A stretch of DNA of 64,000 bases, taken from the human T2T-CHM13v2.0 reference genome, Homo sapiens. Positions 1 through 14,945 of this stretch are shown here, one piece after another. Position numbers and translations under genes: made by a program. The stretch lies in NCBI RefSeq assembly GCF_009914755.1, contig NC_060947.1, one strand, 5' to 3'. Position 1 is the first letter of the stretch. Each line of letters starts with the position of its first letter. The notes below the pieces were generated by a model. That model did no database searches. It was not told where the DNA came from and saw only the letters and a list, made by a program, of their open reading frames with translations.

Positions 1-216
1 ATAACAAAATTTTGGCATTTTAGCCATTTTAAATGTACAATTCAGTAGCATTGATTACATTTATGTTGTACAATCATCACTACTATCTATTTCCAAATGC
101 TTTTAATCATCCCAAGCAAAATCTGTCGCTCTTAGGCAATAACTTTAACTCTCCCTTCCTGCAGTTTCTGGTAAACTCTAATCTACTTTCTGATTCTATG
201 AATTTGCCAATTCTAG

Positions 217-579
<363 letters not shown>

Positions 580-1042
580 AGCATTATGTTTTTAAGATTC
601 ATCCATATTGTAGTATGTATCATAAATTCATATTTTATGGCTGAATAATATTCCATTTTATGTATATAACACATTTTGTTTATCCATTTTTCTGCTGACA
701 GATTTGCGTTGTTTCCTCCTATTGCTCATTGTGAGTAATGCTGCAGTGAACATTGGTGTACAAGTATGAGTCCCAGTATTCAATTATTGTGGTTGTATGC
801 CTGGAGTGCAATTGCTGAGTCACATGATAATTTTATGTATTCCCTTTTGAGGTACTACTATATTATTTTCCACAGTGGCTGCACCATTTTATATTAACAC
901 ATATATAGACAAGGGCTCCAATTTATCTGTATCCTTACCAACACTTATTTTCCATGTTTTTTGATTAAACCTAAGTTGGTGAGTGTGAAGTAGTATCTCA
1001 TTGTGATTTTGATTTGCATTTCCATGATGACTAATGATGGCT

Positions 1043-1339
<297 letters not shown>

Positions 1340-2239
1340 AGTGATGTTTAACATTTGTTCATGAACTTTTTGGCCATTTTTATTTCTTCTTTGGAAAAAA
1401 ATCTTCTCAAGATTTTGGCCTATTATTGGTCTGTCTTTTTGTTATTAAATTGTAGGTATTATTTACGTATTCTGAATATTACAGCCTTATCAGATATGTG
1501 ATTTGAAAGTACCCTCTTTTTTGTAGATTGTCTTCTCCTTTTTTGATAATGTACTTTCATGCACAGAAGCTTCTAATTTTCATGAAGTCCCACTTTTATA
1601 TTTTTTTCCTTTTTTTGCCTTTTGTCACCTTTTGGTGTCATATCGAAAAATACATTGCCAAATCCAAGGTCATGAAATTTTACCTCTATGTGATCTTCTA
1701 AGAGTTTTATGTTTTAGATTATATCTTTAGGTGATTGATTTCTTTTAATTAATTTTTGTATGTTTTCAGATGGTGATCTGACATCATTTTTTAATATGGA
1801 AGTCCAGTTTTCTTAGTACCATTTATTGAAAAGATTATCTTTTTACTATTGAATACCCTTGGAACCCATGTCAAAATTAGTTTATCTATATATGTTAAGG
1901 GTTTATATCTCAAATATAAATTCTAATTCAGTGGTCTATATATTTATTTCTATACCAGTAACACACTCTTTAGATAATTGGACCTTTTTAGTAAGTTTTG
2001 AAATTGGGAAATATGAATCTTCCAACTTTGTTCTTTTTCATGATTATTCAGGCTATGTAAGGCCACTTTCAATTCCATATGAACTTGAGGGTTAGCTTAT
2101 CCATTTCTGCAAAACAGTTGGAATTTTAATAAACATCACATTGAATCTGTAGATTGTTTTGGGTAGCATTGACATTTCAATGACTTACATTTTCCAATCT
2201 ATGAATGCAAGAAGTATTTCTATATTTTAGGTATTCTTT

Positions 2240-2375
2240 ATTTTTATAATTTTTAATTTTTATGGGTATTTAGTAGGTGTATATATATATGGAGTACATG
2301 ATGTGTTTTGATAGAGGTATGCAATGTATAATAATCACATCATGGAAAATAGAGTATCCATCCCCACGAGCATTT
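2240..2375 (-). mobile_element. Short L1MA-type 3' end insertion
   Basis: 'tttttatgggtatttagtaggtgtatatat...tatccatcccc' flanked by near-duplicate 'tatattttaggtattcttta'/'tatatttaggtcttcttta'. Confidence 0.7.
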
Positions 2376-2653
2376 ATATTTAGGTCTTCTTTAATTTTTT
2401 CAACAATTTTGTTTTCCCTTTCTAATTTTCAGAGTGTAAGTCTTTCATTTCTTTTGTTAAATGTATTACTATATATTTCATTCTTTTTGATGCTATTGTA
2501 AAAGGAATTATTTTATTAATTTTAATAATTTTCTTATATAATCTTAAGTTTACAAATTATTCATTGTGATTGTATAGGGATACAACCTATTTTGCATGTC
2601 AAACTTGTACTTTGTAACTTTTCTGAATGCATTTATTAGGTAGAGTAGCTTTT

Positions 2654-3234
2654 TAAATTTTTTTTATTTTTAATTTTTCTGAGTACATAGTAGGTGTATG
2701 TATTTATATGGCACATGAGATGTTTTGATACAGGCATATAATGTGTAATAATCGCATCATGGAACATGAGATACTCATCCACTCAAGAATTTATGCTTTG
2801 TGTTACAAACAATCCAATTACACTCTTTTAGTTATTTTAAAATATACAATGTAATTATTGACTGTACCCACTCCATTGTGCTACCAATTAGTAAGTCTTA
2901 TTTATTCTTTCTATTTGTTGATACCCATTAACCATCCTCACCTTCTTCCACCAACCCCACCTACCCTTCCCAGCCTCTGGTAACCGTCCTTATACTCTCT
3001 GACTCCATGAGTTAAATTCTGTTAATTTTTAGATCTCACAAATAAGTGAGAACATGTGATGTTTTTCTTTCTGTGCCTGGCTTATTTACTTAACATAATG
3101 ATCTCCAGTTCCACCCAGTTGTTGCAAATGACAATGTCTCATTATTTTTATGGCTGAATAGTACTCCATTGTGTATATATGCCACATTTCCTAAAAACCA
3201 TTCATCTGTTGATGGACGCTTACATTGTTTCCAA
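2654..3234 (-). mobile_element. L1MA-type 3'UTR fragment
   Basis: 'gagtacatagtaggtgtatgtattt...cccttcccagcctctggtaacc'; probable TSD 'agtagctttt' at 2644 and 8664. Confidence 0.8.
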
Positions 3235-3236
3235 AA

Positions 3237-3436
3237 TTTTTTTTATTATACTCCCCCCACACCAGAACAGTCCCCAGAGTGTGATGTTCCCCTTCCTATG
3301 TCCATGTGTTCTCATTGTGCAATTCCCACCTATAAGTGAGAATATGCAGTGTTTGGTTTTTTGTTCTTGCGATAGTTTATTGAGAGTGATGATTTCCAAT
3401 TTCATCCATGTCCCTACAAAGGACATGAACTCATAA
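3237..3436 (-). mobile_element. Extra, internally deleted copy of an L1PA 3' end
   Basis: Repeats ~3585-3764 with its own poly-T tail; lacks ~130 nt of the 3'UTR. Confidence 0.9.
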
Positions 3437-3649
3437 TTTTTTTTATTATACTTGAAGTTTTACGGTACATGTGTACAATGTGCAGGTTAGTTACATATGT
3501 ATACATGTGTGATTCTGGTGCACTGCACCCACTAACTCGTCATCTAACATTAGGTATATCTCCCAATGCTATCCCTCCGCCCTCCCCCCACCCCACAACA
3601 GTCCCCAGAGTGTGATGTTCCCCTTCCTGTGTCCATATGTTCTCATTGT

Positions 3650-7481
<3,832 letters not shown>

Positions 7482-7544
7482 TATGATGTTAGTTGGTTAT
7501 TTTGCTCGTTAGTTGATGCAGTTTCTTCCTAGTCTCGATGGTCT

Positions 7545-8558
7545 TTACATTTTGGCATGATTTTGCAGTGGCTGGTACCGGTTGTTCCTTTCCATGTTTA
7601 GTGCTTCCTTCAGGAGCTCTTGCAAGGCAGACCTGGTGGTGACAAAATCTCTCAGCATTTGCTTGTCTGTAAAGGATTTTATTTCTCCTTCACTTTTGAA
7701 GCTTAGTTTGGCTGGATATGAAATTCTGGGTTGAAAATTCTTTTCTTTAAGAATGTTGAATATTGGCCCCCATTCTCTTCTGGCTTCTAGGGTTTCTGCA
7801 GAGAGATCCACTGTTAGTCTGATGGGCTTCCCTTTGAGGGTAACCCGACCTTTCTCTCTGGCTGCCCTTAACATTTTTTCCTTCATTTCAACTTCGGTGA
7901 ATCTGACAATTATGTGTCTTGGAGTTGCTGTTCTCGAGGAGTATCTTTGTGGCATTCTCTGTATTTCCTGAATCTGAGTGTTGGCCTGCCTTGCTAGATT
8001 GGGGAAATTCTCCTGGATAATATCCTGCAGAGTGTTTTCCAACTTGGTTCCATTCTCCCCATCACTTTCAGGTATGCCAGTCAGACGTAGATTTGGTCTT
8101 TTCACATAGTCCCATATTTCTTGGAGGCTTAGCTCATTTATTTTTATTCTTTTTTCTCTAAACTTCCCTTCTCGCTTCATTTCATTCATTTCATCTTCCA
8201 TCACTGATACCCTTTCTTCCAGTTGATTGCATCGGCTCCTGAGGCTTCTGCATTCTTCACGTAGTTCTCGAGCCTTGGTTTTCAGCTCCATCAGCTCCTT
8301 TAAGCACTTCTCTGTATTGGTTATTCTAGTTATACATTCTTCTAAATTTTTTTCAAAGTTTTCATCTTCTTTGCCTTTGGTTTGAATGTCCTCCCTTAGC
8401 TCAGAGTAATTTGATCGTCTGAAGCCTTCTCTCAGCTCGTCAAAGTCATTCTCCATCCATCTTTGTTCTGTTGCTTGTGAGGAACTGCGTTCCTTTGGAG
8501 GAGGAGAGGCGCTCTGCTTTTTGGAGTTTCCAGTTTTTCTGTTCTGTTTTTTCCCCAT
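7545..8558 (-). CDS. ORF1: LINE-1 ORF1p (RNA-binding chaperone), open 337-aa frame
   Basis: MGKKQNRKTGNSK...coiled coil...RRM...NNRYQPLQNHAKM; uninterrupted but lacks the L1 internal promoter. Confidence 0.9.
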   Translation of the reverse strand: MGKKQNRKTGNSKKQSASPPPKERSSSQATEQRWMENDFDELREGFRRSNYSELREDIQTKGKEDENFEKNLEECITRITNTEKCLKELMELKTKARELREECRSLRSRCNQLEERVSVMEDEMNEMKREGKFREKRIKINELSLQEIWDYVKRPNLRLTGIPESDGENGTKLENTLQDIIQENFPNLARQANTQIQEIQRMPQRYSSRTATPRHIIVRFTEVEMKEKMLRAAREKGRVTLKGKPIRLTVDLSAETLEARREWGPIFNILKEKNFQPRISYPAKLSFKSEGEIKSFTDKQMLRDFVTTRSALQELLKEALNMERNNRYQPLQNHAKM

Positions 8559-8663
8559 CTTTGTGGTTTTATCTACTTTTGGTCTTTGATGATGGTGATG
8601 TACAGATGGGTTTTTGGTGTGGATGTCCTTTCTGTTTGATTTGATTTATGTATATGGCAAATT

Positions 8664-10500
8664 AGTAGCTTTTATGTGGATCTCTTGCGATGTTTATATA
8701 AAGGATCATGTATTCTACAAAGTAGTTTCCGTGTTTCATTTCCAATTGTAATGCCTTTTATTTCTTAATTTTGCCTAATTGCTCCAGCTAGAACTTTCAG
8801 TACACTTTTCAATAGCAGTGGTGAAAGTGGGCAACCCTATTTTGTTCCTGATTTTATTGGGAAACTTTTGTCTTTCACTTTTGTGTATGATTTAGCTATG
8901 AATTTTTTACAAATGCCTTCTATTATGTGGAGAAAGTTCTGTTCTACTCCAGGTTTCTGGGTAGTTTTTTGTTATGAAAGTATGTTAGATTTTGTCAGAT
9001 GTTTTCAATGCACTAATTTTTCCTGATTCTATTAATGTGATGTATTACATTGATTGAAATTCTTATGTGGAAACACCCTTGTGTTCCTCAGATAAGTCTC
9101 ACTTCTTTGTTGTTGTATAATTCTTTTAATATGCTGTTGAATTCAATTTACTAGTATGATACTGAGGATTTTTGCATCAACATTCATAGTGGATATTTAT
9201 CAATAGTTTTTGTGGTATATTAATCTTATTTTGATTTGAGGGTAAGTCTGGCCTCATAGGATAAATCAGGATTTTTTTCCCTCCTCTTCAATGTTTTGAA
9301 ACAGTTTGAGATGGATTAGTGTTGATTCTCTTTAAATGTTTACTAGAATTCAGTGGTAAAGCCATTTGGTCCTAGACTGTTCTCTGTTTAGAAGTTTTAA
9401 ATTACTAATTCAAGCTCCTTACTGGTTATAGATGTATGCAGATTTTGCCATTTCGTCGTGATCTAGTCTTGACAGGTTGTGCATTTCTATGAATTTTAAA
9501 ATTTTATTTACCTTAACCACTTCGTTGGTGTACAATTGTTTGTATTATCCACTTATAAATAACTCTTTTTGTTTCTGTAAAATTGCTAATTATATCTCAT
9601 GATTCATTTGTGATGTCAGTTACTTGTGTCTTCTCTTTTTTTTTAGTCAATCTGACTAAAGGTTTGTCAATTTTGTTGACATTCTTGAAGAATCAACTAT
9701 TGGTTTTGTTTACTTTCTGCCTCATTTTTCTTTTCTCTATTTTATTTGTCTCTTCTATAATCTTTATTGTTTCTTTGCTTCTGCTAGATTTGGATTTAGT
9801 CTTTTTTTTTTTTTCTAATGCCTTAACCTATAAAGTTCAGTTGTTAATTCAAGATCTTTCTTTTTTAAAAAAGTAAGCATTTACAGCTATAAATTGCCCT
9901 TTTATCATAGTTTTCATACATCACATAAGCTCCATTCTGTTTTGCTTCCTCAGAAGATATTTTACCATTTCTCTCATGGTTTCTTCTCCTTTTAATGATT
10001 TTTTGAGTGTGTTATAGAATTTCCATAAATTTGTGAAATTTCCACTTTTTCTTACGGTACAATTTCCCATTTGTAAAGGGCAGTTTTGCCAGATGTTGAA
10101 TTCTTGGTTGGCAGTTTTCTTTTTTCTTTGAGCACCTAAATATATCATTTTGCTGTCTTCTCGCCTCCATATTTTCTGTTGAGAAATCCACTGGTAGTCT
10201 TGCTGGGGATCTTTTATATGTGACAGGTCACATTTTTCTGACTACTTTCAAGACTCTGTCTTTGACTTTTGGCACTTTGAATATAATGTGCCTCTGTGTG
10301 GTTCTCCATCAGTTTAACTTATATCTAGTTAATTAAGTTTCTTGGATTTGTATATCCTTGTCTGTCCTCAAGTTTGAGAAATTTCAGCCATTTTCTTTAG
10401 GTAATTTTTCTGCCCCTTTCATGCTCTTTGATTACCACAATGTGTAAATTATTTGGCTTGATGGTGTCCCCTAAGTCCCTAAGGCTCTGTTTATTTTTTT
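8664..10500 (-). mobile_element. Old L1M ORF2/ORF1 remnant (continuation of host element)
   Basis: Degenerate antisense L1 ORF2 ('aatagcagtggtgaaagtgggcaaccc', 'gaggatttttgcatcaacattcat'), ORF1-like from ~10060. Confidence 0.75.
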
Positions 10501-10913
10501 GTGATCAATGTAAAAGTTACGTATTATATGTAAACATTTTAACAAGTTATGGAAACAAAAGTTATGAGGTTCATTTAACTCATTTAATATTTGGTTTATA
10601 ACATAACATTAACATGTATCTCATAAAACCAGTGAAGTAAATGCAGGAAGTTTGAATTCTAAGAAATTTAAGCCCTTATGTTTAACAAACCAAAATATTG
10701 TGCTAGCATTATTTTATACAGTAAATTAATTATTAAAGATTCTAGAACATGCCCCCAATGTTTTTCTACCTTGAAAATAAAGCTTTTTTTGATTATCTCA
10801 TAGCAATAGTAGCAGAGGCTTTTTACTTTTCAGTGCTCACTAAAAGAAACGTAATTTAATAATTTATTTTTGTTAGACTATTTGACTGTTTATCTGGGCT
10901 AGATGATCTATAG

Positions 10914-11254
10914 CAGGAGTCTCCAACTTCTGGGCCACAGATTAGTACCAGTCAGTGGCCTGTTAGAAACCAGGCCATACAGCTGGAGGTGAGTGGCAGA
11001 TAAGTGAGTATTACTGCCTGAACTCCGCCTGCTGTCAAATCAGTGGTGATGTTTGATTCTCATAGGAGTGTGTACCCTATTGTGAACTGTGCATGTGAGG
11101 GATCTATGTTGCAGGCTCCTTATGAGACTATAACTAATGCCTGATAATCTGAGGTGGAACAGCTTCATCCCAAAACTATACTTCCCCTCCATCCATGGAA
11201 AAAATTGTCTTCCAGGAAACTGGTCCCTGGTGCCATAAAGTTTGGGGACCACTG
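10914..11254. mobile_element. MER1B (hAT-Charlie MITE)
   Basis: TIRs 'caggagtctccaac'...'tttggggaccactg'; 8-bp TSD atctatag/atctagag. Confidence 0.9.
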
Positions 11255-11395
11255 ATCTAGAGTGCATAGAAAACAACTGAATTATTTTTTGATCAGTTGA
11301 TCTTTAAAATTTTACAAGACAGGAACAAATGAGAGGGGCCTATCTTCAGGCAAATATAAAATTGTCACTATAAAAAGCCAATTATAACTATAATT

Positions 11396-11735
11396 AAGCA
11401 TGGTGGATGATGCCTGTAATCCTAGCACTTTGGAAGGCTGAAGTAGGAGGATCACTTGAGCCTAGGAGTTTGAGTCACCTGGGCAATATAGGGAGACCTT
11501 GTCCCCACATAAAATTTTTTAAAAAAATGGCCAAGCGTGGTGGCACATGCCTGTGGTCCCAGCTGCTTGGGAGGCTGCCGTGGGAGGATTGCTTTAGCCC
11601 TAGAAGTCAAGGCTGTGATGAGCTGAAATCACATCACTGCACTCCAGCCTGGGCCATAGTGAGACCCTGAAAACAAACAAACAAACAAACAAAACAAACA
11701 AAAAAAGAAATTCTTTGCTCTCTGCAAGGAAAAAA
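11396..11735 (+). mobile_element. AluJ SINE with (AAAC)n tail
   Basis: 'gcctgtaatcctagcactttggaaggctg...cactccagcctggg'. Confidence 0.9.
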
Positions 11736-12502
11736 AAACATAAACATATTTTGACATATATAGGCACAACAAATGACATACAGCCAGTCTTGACATAACT
11801 TAGGCTCTTGGCAATTTTAATCAAAACATATAATTTTAAGAGGCAGAACTCATTAAGCTTCAAAGTATGGAATCAGAAGAAGGGAGGTCAACTAAACTAA
11901 ATAAAGTAATCTTTGTTTTAGACAATCCATCTCCTCGTAAAGCTTTCTTTGCTTTTGGTTATCTGCAACCTCTAAAATTAATAATTTTGCTTGTTTTAAA
12001 AGCTCTTTAAAGTAGCCATTGGAATTTCAAATTCTCTGTAGTGAAATATTGTGCCAGTTAGAGAGAAAAGCATTTAAATGAGCATTATAATAAGAACACA
12101 CGAAGGAAAAAAAGTGTTTAACACAAAAAAGGCACAGCTTTAGATTGAGAAGTCCCCATGAGAATTCTAAGTAAGGATGCTGCCTGTGTAACTTTCTATC
12201 TCATATGATTGGCCAATGGCCAGTCATTACCAATCAAGGACTGAACAAAACCTCCTGATTCTAGACAGCTGAAAGTAAGCAAAGGAGTTCCTGGGGGTAC
12301 AAAGAAAATACTTAAGAAGAAGCCTTTATAAGGTTTTGAAATGATGATTTTAGACAAATTTTGTCCAAAGAATGCTGGTCAGAGAAGATTTTCTGAGCTA
12401 ATTAGCCCCAGAGAAACACTTGAAAATGAGCTTATCTGGCCTACATCCTGCCACTCTATATAGACTTTTTCTCCTGTAGACAAATAGCCCTCATCACTAG
12501 AT

Positions 12503-12975
12503 ATGTTAATTAAGGTTCTCCAGAGAAACAAAACCAAGAGGGGAGATACACACACACACCCCACATTATAGGGTATTGGCTTATGTGATTATGGAGGCTG
12601 TGAAGTTTCACAATCTGCCATCTGCAAGCTGGTGACTCAGAAAATCCAGCAGTGTAGTTCAAAGGCCTGAGAGCCAGAGACAGATTCCAGTATGGGTCTG
12701 TAGTCCTGAGAACCAGTAGCGCCGAAGACAGAATGTTCATATTTCAGCTCAGTTAAGTAGAGAAAGCAAATCTTTCCTTCATCCACCTTTTGTTCTATTC
12801 AGGCTCTCTATGTATTGGATGATGCCCACCTATATTAGTTGGACAGAGTAACCTGCTTTATTTAGTCTATCATTTCATATGCTAATCTCTTCTAGAAACG
12901 TACTTGTGGACATACTCAGAAATAATGTTTAACTAGAAAACTGGGCATCCCATGATTCAATCAAGTTTACACATG
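12503..12975 (-). mobile_element. MLT2 (ERVL) solo LTR
   Basis: 'ggttctccagagaaacaaaacca...ttggcttatgtgattatggaggctg...atctgccatctgcaagctgg'. Confidence 0.8.
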
Positions 12976-13274
12976 AAAGTAAGAAAAACAGATGAACCAT
13001 AAGAAAAACACACATGCAATATTTTTCAGATTAGTTGACTAAAAATATATCTAGGGACTTTATTACTTGGAAAGTAAAATAAACCCAGTACTGAAGGACT
13101 TCAAGAAATATCTGAGCTCAGTTCAGCATAAACTTAACTCCCAGCCATGGCAAGATGGCAGCTTGAATATGTAGAAACATAAAGAGTCTCAGATATGCAC
13201 ACTATCACTGCGTCATGAGTTCTGGTCGAAGTCAGTGAGGGCTTACTGAACCTCAGTAGGTTTTCCATTTTTAA

Positions 13275-13540
13275 TGGTACTTCTAAACAAAGACAACTAA
13301 GACCACACCTGCAGTTGAACAAATTGGATTTATTACTCATTGCAGCAAAAGAGAACACATATTACAAAAAACCAAGGACATCTCAAGAAGAAAATGTTAG
13401 AAGACCCTTACTAGGATTTGGGCTTCTGTGCGGTGATTTGGGGACGGGTACAAGGAAGCAAGGCTTTCTGTGGATTAGAAATTGTCGGGAAGCAGAAATA
13501 ATTCTATGATTGGAAAACTTAGTAAATCGTATTTCTCTAC
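13275..13540 (-). mobile_element. Probable old ERV LTR fragment
   Basis: 'gttgaacaaattggatttattactcattgcagc' resembles an antisense LTR poly-A region; family uncertain. Confidence 0.4.
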
Positions 13541-14524
13541 TTAATTCATACTTCAGAATTTAGCTTCCAGTTCAGCCTCATTTCTTGCTGCTAGTTCCAA
13601 TCTGGCCTTAGTGACTCCACCTCCCAGTGACTGATTTTCTTACTTAGAATTTTCTTGACCCTTTGAGTTCCATCCAATCGGAGGGACATGAACAGAGCAG
13701 GAAAAGAGCAAGGTTCTATAAAATATGGGGCTGAGAGCAGTCACTCCTGAGTTCAAAAACAATACTAAGTAGTTCCATGAGCATTTCTAAATATGAGGAG
13801 CTTAGAGATGACAAAGATTTGGAAATAAGATCTAGTAAGCTTGTCTTAAAGCTTTTATGTTAGTCTATAGTCTAAAGCAATAACACAGACATTTTTTTCT
13901 AAATGTAGCTTTATTCATATTCTTCTTATAGTTTATAAAATAAATATATAGGCTTCTTGTGATAATGATAATTATTATGGTTAGTAGAAGTAGTAGTAGT
14001 AGTAGTAGTTAAGGAGGTGATTAGTCAGTCTAAAACCTTCTTAAAGACACCCCTTCTTGCAAATACTAGTGGAAAGCCAAAATGTAGTTAGTAATTAGCA
14101 ATGGTTTAATGTTCAGGCAATCAGCACTAAGATGTACCAGTAGATTCCCAAAACTCAAACCTAAAGAACTGGGAGCATTCTAGAATTCAGTGTTATACAC
14201 TAAGCACCAAAGGACAGTGATATGTGGAGAAGGAATCCAGCCACTGGGAGACTAGAGCTCAAGAGCATGAAACCAGTCACTGGGAGATGAAGTCATTAAG
14301 GTCAGGTTGGAACTAGAAGGAATAAGCTGTTGATGCTTATCTGGAAGCCGAATTCAGAGGTGAGAATTAAGTAGAGGCCTCTATTAGGGTTAGAGGGGAA
14401 TACTGATATTAACCAAACAGAACACAGGTTGCCAAGATTAGGGAAGTTTGGCTGTATTCTTTCATGAATTCATTCAGTCATTCATTCACCAGATGTTTAC
14501 TGCATGCCAAATATGTAGTATGCC

Positions 14525-14945
14525 TGATATGGTTTGGATCTGTATCCCCACCAAATTTTATGTTGAATTGTTATCCCCAGTGTTGGAGGTGGGGCCTGGT
14601 GAGAGCTGATTGGATCATGGGGGTTTATTTCTCATGAATGGTTTAGCCCCATCCCCTTGATGCTTTTCTCATAATAGTGAGTGACTTCTTGTGACATATG
14701 CTCATTTAAAAGTGTATAGCACCCCCTCACCCCTCTCTTGTTCCTGCTCCTGCCATGTGACATGCCTGTTCCCACTTTGCCTTTCACCATGATTGTATGT
14801 TTTCTGAGGCCTCCCCAGAATTCAAGCAGATGCCAGCATCATGGTTCCTGTTCTGGTTGTGGAACTGTGAGCCAACTACACTTCTTTTCTTTATAAATTA
14901 TCCAGTATCAGGTTTTTTATAGCAATGAGAGAACAGACTACTACA
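14525..14945 (+). mobile_element. MSTA (MaLR) solo LTR
   Basis: TG...CA ends 'tgatatggtttggatctg'...'gactactaca'; TSD atgcc/atgca. Confidence 0.9.

Noticed and set aside
8560-8645. 5' truncation as a spliced L1 (SpIRE) junction
   Set aside because: The break retains 'caaacag' upstream of the nearest AG, and no L1 5'-terminal exon is joined to it
13145-13220. YY1-like CAAGATGGCAGC as a lncRNA promoter
   Set aside because: Single imperfect motif, no CpG island or other support
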